DNA of 64,000 nt, taken from the NCBI GenBank assembly GCA_965223265.1, contig OZ244999.1, positions 8,128,001-8,192,000 of the forward strand, written 5' to 3'. This document shows, piece after piece, positions 11,322 through 20,639 of this stretch. Origin of the DNA: Planctomycetota bacterium (lineage in GTDB: Bacteria; Planctomycetota; UBA8108; SXIK01). A model generated the notes under the pieces. That model did not search any database. It saw nothing but the letters and a program-made list of their open reading frames with translations, and was not told the DNA's origin. Within the stretch, counting starts at the first letter, position 1, and the number at the start of each line of letters is the position of its first letter. Both the position numbers and the translations under genes were made by a program.

Positions 11322-11903
11322 ATGACGTCTGAAGAAGCCTCAAGCGTCTCTGCAGTTTGCCCCAGCGGCGCGCTCGTCCGTCTCGTGAGGGGCGACATCA
11401 CCGAGCAGCACGTCGACGCCATCGTCAATGCCGCGAACTCGGGCCTCCTCGGGGGTGGTGGTGTCGACGGCGCGATTCACCGCCGGGGCGGACCGGAGAT
11501 TCTCGCCGCGTGCAAAGAGATTCGCCTACGCTCCGGCAGGTGCCCCACTGGTGAGGCCGTCGTTACTGTGGCAGGACGACTACCATGTCGAAGCGTCATT
11601 CACACCGTCGGACCCGTGTGGCGCGGTGGCGACCAAAGAGAAGAGGCTCTTCTGCGTCGCGCCTATGCGTCGAGTCTCAGAATGGCCCACGAAGTGAACG
11701 CTCGCACTGTGGCGTTCCCCTCCGTTTCTACCGGTGCGTATGGCTACCCAATCGCCGAGGCGAGCATTGCCGCTCTGGACGAGGTCGCGCGCTGCGCTGC
11801 GCTCCACGGCTCGTTTACCGAGGTTAGGTTCGTGCTCTTTTCGTCGGCCGATTTCGACGTCTACCGATGTAGCCTCGAACGGCTTGCGAGCAGCTGGACT
11901 TGA
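11322..11903 (+). CDS. ymdB: macro domain O-acetyl-ADP-ribose deacetylase
   Basis: GDIT, DAIVNAANSGLLGGGGVDGAIH, VIHTVGPVW and FPSVSTGAYGYP motifs. Confidence 0.92.
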   Translation: MTSEEASSVSAVCPSGALVRLVRGDITEQHVDAIVNAANSGLLGGGGVDGAIHRRGGPEILAACKEIRLRSGRCPTGEAVVTVAGRLPCRSVIHTVGPVWRGGDQREEALLRRAYASSLRMAHEVNARTVAFPSVSTGAYGYPIAEASIAALDEVARCAALHGSFTEVRFVLFSSADFDVYRCSLERLASSWT

Positions 11904-12223
11904 GCCGCTGAATCCGTACAGGAGTCATTGCGAGATCTCAGCGCGATGCGGGCGCGGATCGCCGTTTTTTTGCGGAATCACAGCCGTCTCGGTAAGCCTC
12001 GGAAGTAACATGGAGGATTCTCTCGCGTCGCGTCGCGGGCGAGCACAGTTGACCTGCATTCGTCGAGCGAACCGTTTTTGGCTCCGTTCGCAGGCATTTG
12101 GTGCCGCGTTCGCGCGACCGGCCGGCGCGTGGGCACCGGAACGCATGGAGTCGATGTCGCAGCTGTCGAACCTCCTGAGTCCGCATCATTCCCAGCTTGT
12201 CACCGTTCGGGAGATTCGTTTTC

Positions 12224-13714
12224 ATGTTGTCGTCCAGGCGCTTTCTTGCGGAAAACGCCACCGCCGCTCGTCTCCACGCGCAGCTCTGCAGTGACCGCTT
12301 CATTCACCTGATCGACGACCCGGACGATTTGGCGCGGCTGCGGCAAGACGTGCACCGGATAGCGGCGGACATGGATGACCCCGACCGTCCGCCGCCGATG
12401 TTTTGGACGGGAATTCCTTTTCCCACGCGAGTCTCGCCGCCGTCCCACGGTTACTGCCTGGTGATTTCCGTCGGCGGAACGAAAACCACCTTCGCCCTGA
12501 TGCGACTCGATCGAGGCGAGTTGAAGATTGTCGACCGCCGCGGCGTCGACGTCGCCGGTGCGGATGTGGCGCGTGTCAAGCGGGACTTTACCATGCCGAC
12601 GCCTGGTCCCGAGCAGGCCGCCAGCGGTCGCGAGATGGTGCAGCAGATGGTGGCGGCGATCGCCGCAGCGTTTGCTGCTTGCAGGAGCGCGCTGGAGCGC
12701 ACCGAGCACGTCCTGCTGAGCTGGGGCTACGCTCACGAAGTCGTGCGCTGCGCGCCGACGGTTCTCGGCGGAGTGACGGCACGCGTGACGCAGATGCAAA
12801 AGGACCAGGAAGTGTTCGACGCCGATCTGCGCGGCTGCGACATCGGACAGCTCTTCTCGTCAGCCTTGCTCGAACAGACAGGGCTCGATCGTCCGCTCAC
12901 CGTGGCGAACGATGCGGTCATGGCCCTCCACTATTTTTTGGTACCGGAGGCCGTGAAACGCTTTCACCAGATCGGCCTCTTGATCAACGGCACGGGAACT
13001 AACTTCGCCATTGCAGAACCATACGTGGAGCCGGCCGGGGTTGATTTCGTCCCGCGAGAGCCGAAGCGAACCGGATTCGCCGATCCGGTGCCAAGGGGGA
13101 TGAGGCGTGAACGCTACTTCGTCAACTACGAGACCGGAAGCATAGAGCTGCAAGCGACAGCGAGCGCGCTGGACGCTGACAGCCGCTATCCGCTCGAAGA
13201 GAACGCACTCGCGGGCGGCAGAGCGTTCGGACACGGGTTTCGGGAGATCCTCCGCCGTCACGTGGGGGAGGACTTCGCCGCGGCGCTCGAAGCCGCAACG
13301 GCAACAGGGGGCGCACTGAAGGGGCCGGAGGTGTCGCTGATCGCATGTGGTGGTCCGGAGGCGCTAAGTGGCGTGTTTCCGCGATGGAATTTGGACGAAG
13401 AGGCCGCCTCGATGGTTTGTCTTGCAGCACGCGCCGTGCTCGAGAGATCAGCGCTCCACGCAGCCATGGTGCTCGCCGCAGTAACCCATCGACTGCAGTT
13501 CGGGCTTGGATCGGACGATCGCGCCGACCTTCTCGCCGTCGAAGGAAGCGTTTGGTCGACGCACGGGTACTGGCCGCTGGTGCGCGACTTCTGGGCGCGC
13601 CTCGTCGCGCCGGCTCAACTCCGGGTGGAAGAGGCGCATGAGCCAAGCTTCGATGCCAGTTTGCCCGGACCCGTTTATCTGGCGGCGAATCATTCCACCG
13701 ATGGCCGCCACTAA
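12224..13714 (+). CDS. hexokinase-family (eukaryote-type, actin-like ATPase fold) sugar kinase homologue
   Basis: Colinear hexokinase motifs ISVGGT, VANDAV, LINGTGTN, VNYETG, LERSA and AVEGSVW; GGGAG RBS before ATG 12224. Confidence 0.7.
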   Translation: MLSSRRFLAENATAARLHAQLCSDRFIHLIDDPDDLARLRQDVHRIAADMDDPDRPPPMFWTGIPFPTRVSPPSHGYCLVISVGGTKTTFALMRLDRGELKIVDRRGVDVAGADVARVKRDFTMPTPGPEQAASGREMVQQMVAAIAAAFAACRSALERTEHVLLSWGYAHEVVRCAPTVLGGVTARVTQMQKDQEVFDADLRGCDIGQLFSSALLEQTGLDRPLTVANDAVMALHYFLVPEAVKRFHQIGLLINGTGTNFAIAEPYVEPAGVDFVPREPKRTGFADPVPRGMRRERYFVNYETGSIELQATASALDADSRYPLEENALAGGRAFGHGFREILRRHVGEDFAAALEAATATGGALKGPEVSLIACGGPEALSGVFPRWNLDEEAASMVCLAARAVLERSALHAAMVLAAVTHRLQFGLGSDDRADLLAVEGSVWSTHGYWPLVRDFWARLVAPAQLRVEEAHEPSFDASLPGPVYLAANHSTDGRH

Positions 13715-14210
13715 CTTTTCCCCATCCGCTTGTGAGTTTGGATGTTGTGCGTTGAGCCTGGGGGTGTCGAGCGTTGAGCATCGTGCTGGGGCGCCGGAGC
13801 GGGTTTTTTTGGACATGGGCAGGCCGCGGGCAAGCCGTGTTGCCGGGACGAAAGCCCCAAGGCGCTCCCGATTGCGTTCAACTCGTTCGGCCGGGCCAGG
13901 GCCCGAACGACCAAGCCCAAACGAATGGTTTCTGCCAGGGTCGATTCCCGCCGAGCAGCCGGCGAAAATGGGGGCGCGAAACGTGTCTTTTTGCCCCGGA
14001 GAAGCGACTTCGTGGTCGGGTCTCGCAGGTCTTCGGGGTGGTGTTCGGGTGGTTCGTTCCGAGCCCGAAGCGAAGTCGAGTTGAGCCTGCCGTTCGTTGC
14101 CGTAACTCCGCCCTGCGAACGATTTCTCCGCGGTCCAGCATCAGTTCGCCGTGCCACCACACGTCTTGAGAGGTTCTTGACGCTCTTCGCCACAATTTGC
14201 GGGCCGAAGC

Positions 14211-14240
14211 TTGAAAAGGGCGCATCGCGACCAGTAGAAT
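14211..14240 (+). promoter_or_regulatory. putative sigma70-type promoter
   Basis: TTGAAA (14211-14216), an 18-bp spacer and TAGAAT (14235-14240), upstream of the structured leader and the lipoprotein gene. Confidence 0.4.
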
Positions 14241-14258
14241 CGCTACCGCCTTCCCTGT

Positions 14259-14391
14259 TTTCCCAAACAACACAAGCTTTCCTCCTGCCTGGAGTGGCCC
14301 CCACGAGAGGTCCACGACTTGTGTTCCCGCTTTGGGGAAGCCGTATGCCTCCTGCGTACGGTCACTGGAATCGGTCACTGGAAACGGTGAC
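14259..14391 (+). ncRNA. candidate structured 5' leader / cis-regulatory RNA
   Basis: Nested helices TTTCCCAAA/TTTGGGGAA and AACACAAG/CTTGTGTT, hairpin CCGTATGC/GCGTACGG, and GAAA-tetraloop hairpin GTCACTG-GAAA-CGGTGAC. Confidence 0.35.
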
Positions 14392-14420
14392 AGCAGCTGA
14401 AAGGTAAAAGGTTAAGAGGA

Positions 14421-16091
14421 ATGGGTATTCCGTCGATCCGTCTATTTTGTCGCCGTCTCTTCGCGTCTCGACTTGTCGCGTTCGGCATTGCAGCCGCAGC
14501 GTGCCTCGGTGTTTCGAGTTGCGACAACAACGAGAGTAGCTCCAAAGTTGCGCCTGAGTTGTTTGTCGCGCCGGTCGCTGAACCCGCCAGCTCGCAGGGA
14601 CTCCGCGTGCTGCTGGACAAGTTCGACATCTTGGCTCCTATCGATCCGAGCCTCCTGCGCAGCGAGGTCCTGTCGCGTCAAGCGGACCTGCGGGTGCTTG
14701 CTGAGCTTCCCGACAATGACTTGCTTCTTTACGAGGGTCAGAGCCGGTCTGTGTTGACGATGTCTCAGTGCCTGAGCGGCTGTGGCCCCGAGCCGGTCCG
14801 ACTTCATTACAGCGCCACGGGCCTCAGCGAGGCGCAGGGCTCGCCGCAGTCAAGCATCTCAACGAGCGTTGATCCTGTTCTGCTGCGCAACGGCTGGGTG
14901 CTCGCTTTTGATTCGAATACCCGCAACATCGTTGCCTTCAAGAAGGCGCCGACCGCCGCGGTCACCAACGATAACGGTGTCCCGATCGACCTGCCGTTCC
15001 GCCGCGCATCGAATCAGATCAGCGCCAACTTCGGCCAGGGTAACGGCCTCTTCATGTCGATCGTGATTTCTGGCGAGCAGCTTGATGCCGACCTGGCCGC
15101 CAATGTCATCACGCGCATGTTTGAGATCGAGGACAACAAGGTCGTTGTTCTCTTCGCGACTCTGCCGTCGATGCATATCCTGGATCTCCGCGAGGAGATG
15201 GTGACGGTGGACTACGACCTCGATATCACCTCGCCAAGTGACTTTGACCGTGTCGAGGTTCCGCAGCTGCGTGGTCGGATTGAGCTTTTCCCGCGCGATC
15301 CATCGAACCCGACCAGCGTGCGCGATCAACCGTTTCTGTCTTTTCGTACGATTTCCGAGCGCGTGACCGACAGCCAGCTTGTGAACGTGTCGGATTTCGC
15401 CCCCGTGACGCTCCCCGACGATGGCAGTGCGCTCTTCTTCGACACCGAGACGTTCACCTTCTTTCGCGTTCGGGCGATCAAGCAATTTGATCCGAGTTCC
15501 GGAACGGAGGTGATCACCGGCGGATTTCCTGTCTTGGCCGTCAGCAATCTGACGCTCTTCGAGACGCTGCGGGAGTCGGCCGGTCTGACGTCGACGAGCG
15601 GACCCTTCACCATGACACGGTCCTTCTTCCACCCGACCAACACAGAGCTTTGCGTCATGGAAGAAGAGACGAACAACATCGTTTGCTACGACTACACGCG
15701 GCCGAATCCGGTCGATCCGACCGTGCGAGCGGATCGAAACCTGCGCGTGTTCGTCTCGTCCAACAATTTAGCGTTGGCGTTCGACCCACAAGGCATTGGC
15801 GGCACCGGCAGCGAGCGCGAGCTCGTCTTCGCGACTGCGGACGTGCGCGAGAATCGACTCGCGTTCGATCGACGTCAGGACCAGCTGCTCAGCATCAGCT
15901 ACTCCTCCGGCAACGTCGTGGTCACCGCTCGTCGCGCGGACTTGATCCAGGCCACAGGCGGTGCCCTCGCCGACCTCATCATGCTGCGACCTCTGACGGA
16001 AGAGAACGTCCGCATGTTGGACGCCCAGGCGGTCGCACTGCTCGAGGCGCCGCTAAACTACGAAGCGTTCCCGGTGGAGTTCTCCAACTGA
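14421..16091 (+). CDS. putative lipoprotein, beta-rich (possible beta-propeller)
   Basis: Signal peptide with lipobox VSS-C; repeated short beta-strand patterns (WVLAFDS, ALFFDTE, LCVMEEE, LAFDRR); GAGGA RBS. Confidence 0.75.
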   Translation: MGIPSIRLFCRRLFASRLVAFGIAAAACLGVSSCDNNESSSKVAPELFVAPVAEPASSQGLRVLLDKFDILAPIDPSLLRSEVLSRQADLRVLAELPDNDLLLYEGQSRSVLTMSQCLSGCGPEPVRLHYSATGLSEAQGSPQSSISTSVDPVLLRNGWVLAFDSNTRNIVAFKKAPTAAVTNDNGVPIDLPFRRASNQISANFGQGNGLFMSIVISGEQLDADLAANVITRMFEIEDNKVVVLFATLPSMHILDLREEMVTVDYDLDITSPSDFDRVEVPQLRGRIELFPRDPSNPTSVRDQPFLSFRTISERVTDSQLVNVSDFAPVTLPDDGSALFFDTETFTFFRVRAIKQFDPSSGTEVITGGFPVLAVSNLTLFETLRESAGLTSTSGPFTMTRSFFHPTNTELCVMEEETNNIVCYDYTRPNPVDPTVRADRNLRVFVSSNNLALAFDPQGIGGTGSERELVFATADVRENRLAFDRRQDQLLSISYSSGNVVVTARRADLIQATGGALADLIMLRPLTEENVRMLDAQAVALLEAPLNYEAFPVEFSN

Positions 16092-16333
16092 GCGCCCTTG
16101 CGGGATAAGCTGATCCGAGTGCAGCGAAGCATTTGCGGTTGACAGAACCGTCGTGGCAAGGATGCTACGTCACGTGCGTGGTCTCGCGGACGATGCCGCT
16201 CGGGCTGTGCGCGGCAGAATTTCTGCCCGCGTTGCTCGTGTGTCGCGGGAGCGGCACTGCTGGGCCCTTAGCGCTGACGCCGGCGCGCCGCGTGGCCTCG
16301 CTGCGTTTCGGCTCAACATCTCGAGGTGTTTCT

Positions 16334-17077
16334 TTGGGTAAGAGAAAGGGAGAATCTACGGGACTCGGCTACTTGCGTCAGGTTCGCCCTGAGGCGATGG
16401 AGCACCTCCTCAAATTCTTCGCCGAGTCGGCACGGAACCTCGATCCGAAGACGCGGTTTTTGATCTCGATCGTGACCAAGGTCGTCAACTTCTCGCCGCG
16501 CGGTCTCGAGCAGTATGTGCGCCGCGCCATGGCGGAGGGAGCGTCCGCGAACGAGGTGATCGATGCGATCCTTTGCTCGTACCCGTGCGCCGGCCTGACT
16601 CGTGTCGTCGACGCCATCGACGTCGTGCTGGATCTAGGGATCGATGCCTTCGATGTCGACGCGGTGAACGGCGCCTTGCGGGGGGCGTTGCCGCCGGGCG
16701 ATCCGTCCGAAGCCTCGCCCCAATGGTGTAACGTCGGCAGGGCGGACGAGGTGCCTGCCGACGGCGGCCTCCGAGTGCAGAAGGGCGTGTTCGATCTCGC
16801 GCTCTTTCGACTCGACGACGCTTTCGTCGCCATCGACAACGTCTGTCCCCACCTTAAAGGTGGTTCGCTTGCGGCGGGACACGTCGATGAGGGTGTCGTC
16901 AGCTGTCCCTTTCATGGTTGGAGATTCGACCTCAACTCCGGGCGCTGTCTCAGTCGCGAGGGTGCACGGGTGCGGACATACGACGTGCGCGAGATCGGGG
17001 GAGAGCTGGAGGTTCTGCTTCCCTCGCTGCCGGAACCAGAAAGCGAAGGAGTCGAGACGGGAGACCGAACGAAATAG
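16334..17077 (+). CDS. carboxymuconolactone decarboxylase (CMD/AhpD-like) domain fused to Rieske [2Fe-2S] ferredoxin
   Basis: N-terminal LDPKTRFLISI...RRAMAEGASANEVIDAI (CMD-like helices); C-terminal CPH...CPFHGWRFD Rieske ligands. TTG start with GAGGTG RBS. Confidence 0.8.
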   Translation: MGKRKGESTGLGYLRQVRPEAMEHLLKFFAESARNLDPKTRFLISIVTKVVNFSPRGLEQYVRRAMAEGASANEVIDAILCSYPCAGLTRVVDAIDVVLDLGIDAFDVDAVNGALRGALPPGDPSEASPQWCNVGRADEVPADGGLRVQKGVFDLALFRLDDAFVAIDNVCPHLKGGSLAAGHVDEGVVSCPFHGWRFDLNSGRCLSREGARVRTYDVREIGGELEVLLPSLPEPESEGVETGDRTK

Positions 17078-17151
17078 GTGCGCTGCGTGGTCGTGGGACT
17101 TTGGTTCGCGGTAGGACGATTTGACCACATCGCCTGTGCAGTAGGAGCGAA

Positions 17152-18357
17152 GTGACGGGTGTGAGTAAAAGCGACGGAGCGGCAAGCATCGAGTTCGATT
17201 TCCTGGCACCCGCGCGGACGGTTTTCGGCTGGGGACGCCGCCGCGAGATCGGTGCGCTCGCGGCGACGCTCGGACGACGCGCCTTTCTGATCGAGGGGTC
17301 GCGGACGCTGCGCGATCGCGGCGTCGTCGGTGAGCTGATCGATGCTCTCAGGGAAGCCGAGCTGACCGTCGTCGAGCTCGGAACCGTGACTCGAGAGCCG
17401 CTTGTCGAGGATATCGATCGTCTCAGCTCATCGCTGCGAGCGCAGGGAGTGGGCGACGCCGACCTCGTCGTCGGTGTCGGCGGGGGAGCTGCGGTCGACG
17501 CCGCTAAAGCGGTGAGCGCCATGGCGACGAATGCCGAGAGCCAGACCGTCAAAGACTATCTTGAAGGCGTTGGACGTGGGCTTCAGCTGCGGGCGGCGCC
17601 GTTGCCTTTACTGGCGCTGCCGACGACGGCCGGGACGGGCAGCGAGGCCACGAAGAACGCGGTGATCTCCCATCCGAATCCGGCGTTCAAAAAGAGCCTT
17701 CGCTCGGACCTGATGGTCCCCCGCGTCGCGCTCATCGATCCGCAGCTGTCGGTCTCCGTCCCGGCGACGACGACTGCCCACACAGGTATGGACGCTTTGA
17801 CGCAGCTCATTGAGAGCTTCATCTCGAGGCGGGCGAAGCCAATGGCGCAGGCGCTTGCGCTTGAGGGGCTGCGCCGCGGCGCGCCGATGCTCTCCCTCGC
17901 GGTCAGCGACGGGAACTCGCGCCCGGCGCGCGAGGCGATGTCGTACGCCGCTTATTTGAGCGGGTTGGCGCTCGCCAACTCCGGGCTCGGCATGGCGCAT
18001 GGCGTCGCCGCCGCGCTTGGTGTGCACTGCGACGTGCCGCACGGTCTCGCGTGTGCTGTGATGCTGCCTGCGGCGCTGCGCGCGAACGCCGAGGTCTGCG
18101 GCGAGCGTTTGATGGACGTCGCGGCGATTCTTTGCGGCGAGTCCTTTGCCACGCCGGCGGCCGCGGCCGCGGCCGCCGTAGAGAGCGTCGAAGCGCTTTG
18201 CCGCGAGGTTCAGATTCCGCAGCGCCTTAGCGACGTGGGCGTGCAACCCGAGCAGCTCGCGGACATCGTTGCCGGATCGCGCGGCAACAGCATGAACGGC
18301 AACCCGCGGGAGCTCAGCGACGGTGAATTGCTGTCGATTCTGGAGGGAATGCTGTGA
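17152..18357 (+). CDS. iron-containing alcohol dehydrogenase
   Basis: VGVGGGAAVDAAK, PTTAGTGSEAT, GMDALTQLIES, GMAHGVA and HGLACA motifs. Confidence 0.92.
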   Translation: MTGVSKSDGAASIEFDFLAPARTVFGWGRRREIGALAATLGRRAFLIEGSRTLRDRGVVGELIDALREAELTVVELGTVTREPLVEDIDRLSSSLRAQGVGDADLVVGVGGGAAVDAAKAVSAMATNAESQTVKDYLEGVGRGLQLRAAPLPLLALPTTAGTGSEATKNAVISHPNPAFKKSLRSDLMVPRVALIDPQLSVSVPATTTAHTGMDALTQLIESFISRRAKPMAQALALEGLRRGAPMLSLAVSDGNSRPAREAMSYAAYLSGLALANSGLGMAHGVAAALGVHCDVPHGLACAVMLPAALRANAEVCGERLMDVAAILCGESFATPAAAAAAAVESVEALCREVQIPQRLSDVGVQPEQLADIVAGSRGNSMNGNPRELSDGELLSILEGML

Positions 18358-19286
18358 TCGTTGCCGCGGGTTTGACGCCGGCGTGGCAGCAGATGCTCGT
18401 TTTCGACTCGCTCGAGATCGGTGCGGTGAATCGAGCCCAAGAGGTGTACAAGTGCGCCTCGGGCAAGGTGACCAACGTGGGCCTGGCGCTTCACTTTCTT
18501 GGTGGTCCGAATCACACCCTCAGTGTCGCAGGAGGGGTCGCGGGAACGTCGATTCGCCACGAGTTCGAGCAGCTTGGCGTTAGCTGCCAGTGGCTCACCA
18601 CGCGCAGCTCAACGCGCGTCGCGATCACCGTCATGGACCGAGGCTCAGGCGCGACGACCGAACTCGTGGAGAATGCATCGGGACTGGAGAGCTCGGAAGT
18701 CGAAGCGTACGTCAGCGCCTACGCCGCGGCGATCGAGAAAGCCGAAATGGTGATTCTGAGTGGGTCGCTACCACCCGGAGCCGGCGAAGGATTCTATCGT
18801 TCGCTTCTCGAGAAGACTCCGCCCGGTTGTCGCGCCATCGTCGATGCTCGCGGACCGGAGCTGCAGGCTGCGCTCAAACAGAAGCCGTTTCTCGTCAAGC
18901 CGAACCGAGAAGAGCTCGGAATGACGGTTGGCGGCCCGCTCGAAAGCGATGAAGACTTGAGAGACGGCATCGCGAAGATTCAGGCCCTTGGTGCCGAGAA
19001 TGTGTTGGTCAGTGACGGTCCAGGGCCGCTGTGGCTAGGCCAAGGTGACGCCCTCTACCGCTTGCAGCCGCTCAGCGTCGAAACGGTCAACCCCATCGCC
19101 TGTGGGGATTGCCTGGCAGCAGGCGTCGCCTGGGCCTTGGCACGCCACAGACTCGACCTGGTCGAAGCCGTCCGTGTCGGCATCGCTGCGGCTGCTGCCA
19201 ACGCTGCGGCCATGCTGCCGTCACGTCTCGACCCTCAGCGCGTTCTCGCCGCGAAGGAGGACGTGGAGGTCGACCGCGTGGCGTGA
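18354..19286 (+). CDS. PfkB / 1-phosphofructokinase-family sugar kinase
   Basis: ASGKVTNV, LSGSLPPG, KPNREEL and NPIACGD; GTGA overlap with the upstream ADH stop codon. Confidence 0.88.
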   Translation: MIVAAGLTPAWQQMLVFDSLEIGAVNRAQEVYKCASGKVTNVGLALHFLGGPNHTLSVAGGVAGTSIRHEFEQLGVSCQWLTTRSSTRVAITVMDRGSGATTELVENASGLESSEVEAYVSAYAAAIEKAEMVILSGSLPPGAGEGFYRSLLEKTPPGCRAIVDARGPELQAALKQKPFLVKPNREELGMTVGGPLESDEDLRDGIAKIQALGAENVLVSDGPGPLWLGQGDALYRLQPLSVETVNPIACGDCLAAGVAWALARHRLDLVEAVRVGIAAAAANAAAMLPSRLDPQRVLAAKEDVEVDRVA

Positions 19287-19296
19287 TCGAGGCCCG

Positions 19297-20361
19297 TCAG
19301 CGCTCGAAGATCGGCAGCAGCTGTCTCGGTAGCTGCAGAACGATGAGCGCCATGGCCGTCGCTTGGGTGTCGTTTTCGCGTTGGCTGGCTTTCCATCCGC
19401 CGTCAGGCCGCTGTTGGCGAAGAATCTCCTTTTGGATCACGTCAAAGTAGTTTCGCCAGGAACGGCCGCCCGCCTGAAACATCGCTTGCGAGCAGTAGTA
19501 GTGGGCGTAGTAGGGAAAGAGATTCCAGGATTCGTAATGCTTCTCGAGGTATTCGAACCCCCGTCGAATGTTTGAGGAGTTGTAGTCACCCAAGCTGTAG
19601 AGGATGCAGACGCCCGCAGCCGAGCGCGGAAAAGCGCTTTCCGCGAGGAGAGGTGGATCCCCTGGGTTGCGGCGGTAGCCGAACCCGCCGTCGGCGTTCT
19701 GCGCGCTTTGAATGTAGCGGCGAGCTCGGGAAATGACGTTCGCGTTGACCGCGAACCCCAGGTTGCGTGCGGCTCGCAGCGCCATCGTCTGACAAACGGT
19801 AATCGACGTATCGCTGCCGCCGACGACATGTCCGCCGCAGCCCTCGTGCGGTTCATAGTCCCATCCGCCGTCGCGTCCCTGCGATTTCTCGATGACGGCC
19901 ACCGCACGCTTGAGCACGTCGTGGATCCGTTCCCTTCGCCGTGACATCCCGTAGAGTTGAGCGAAGTAGAGGGTCGCGAAACCATGACCGTACATGCGAC
20001 TCTTGCCGTCCGCAAAGTAACCGCACTTGCGTTGCCGGGCGATGAGCGCGTCTGTGCAGGATCGCACCGCTGCTGAGTAGGATTCAGGGCCGCAGCGCTC
20101 CGTGTAGCCCCCCGCCAGAAACGCGAGGCCTACGAGAGCAGTGGCCGCTACCGGAACCTCGTCGTCGAATTCGCCGCTGCGGCGTTTCTTTCTCAGCAGG
20201 TGACGGAACCCGTTATCCACTGCGAGCCGCACCTTGGGCGAGAGGGTGTCACGCTGAACCGTGCGCCCGACCGTAGGTGAGTCCTGCGCTGTCGTCAGCG
20301 CGGCGGAGCTCCCCACGAAGGCGGCGAGGCAAACCGTGGTTACCGCTCGGTGCTGTCCCAT
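19297..20361 (-). CDS. prenyltransferase/squalene oxidase repeat protein (secreted alpha/alpha toroid)
   Basis: Signal peptide; QxxDGGW/F repeats (SQGRDGGWDY, AQNADGGFGY, QQRPDGGW); MYGHGFATL and SDTSITVCQTMALRAARN. Confidence 0.85.
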   Translation of the reverse strand: MGQHRAVTTVCLAAFVGSSAALTTAQDSPTVGRTVQRDTLSPKVRLAVDNGFRHLLRKKRRSGEFDDEVPVAATALVGLAFLAGGYTERCGPESYSAAVRSCTDALIARQRKCGYFADGKSRMYGHGFATLYFAQLYGMSRRRERIHDVLKRAVAVIEKSQGRDGGWDYEPHEGCGGHVVGGSDTSITVCQTMALRAARNLGFAVNANVISRARRYIQSAQNADGGFGYRRNPGDPPLLAESAFPRSAAGVCILYSLGDYNSSNIRRGFEYLEKHYESWNLFPYYAHYYCSQAMFQAGGRSWRNYFDVIQKEILRQQRPDGGWKASQRENDTQATAMALIVLQLPRQLLPIFER

Positions 20362-20639
20362 TCCGTCCTATCCGTCCTATCCGTCTCGGTCCGTGAACTG
20401 GTGTGCGCGAGTGGAGTTCATGAGCTTCACGAGTCCCTCAGATTCGTCTCGGTCACGTTCGCCCAGCTAGGGGAACTCTATGTCCCGTCGCCGCAGTCGC
20501 AGTCGCGACCGTTTCATGCGTGCCTCTGGATCGGCTCGCAGTCAGTGTTATGATACGCCAATCATCGCCCCTGCGCTCAAGTTCCGATAGACATCCAATT
20601 TCGGCCGACCGTCCGTTGGCGGATCTACGGAGTGATTGT

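Noticed and set aside
14361-14391. Cobalamin riboswitch (CACTG...GAA resemblance)
   Set aside because: The other B12-element motifs are not evident in the right order, and the downstream gene is not B12-related.
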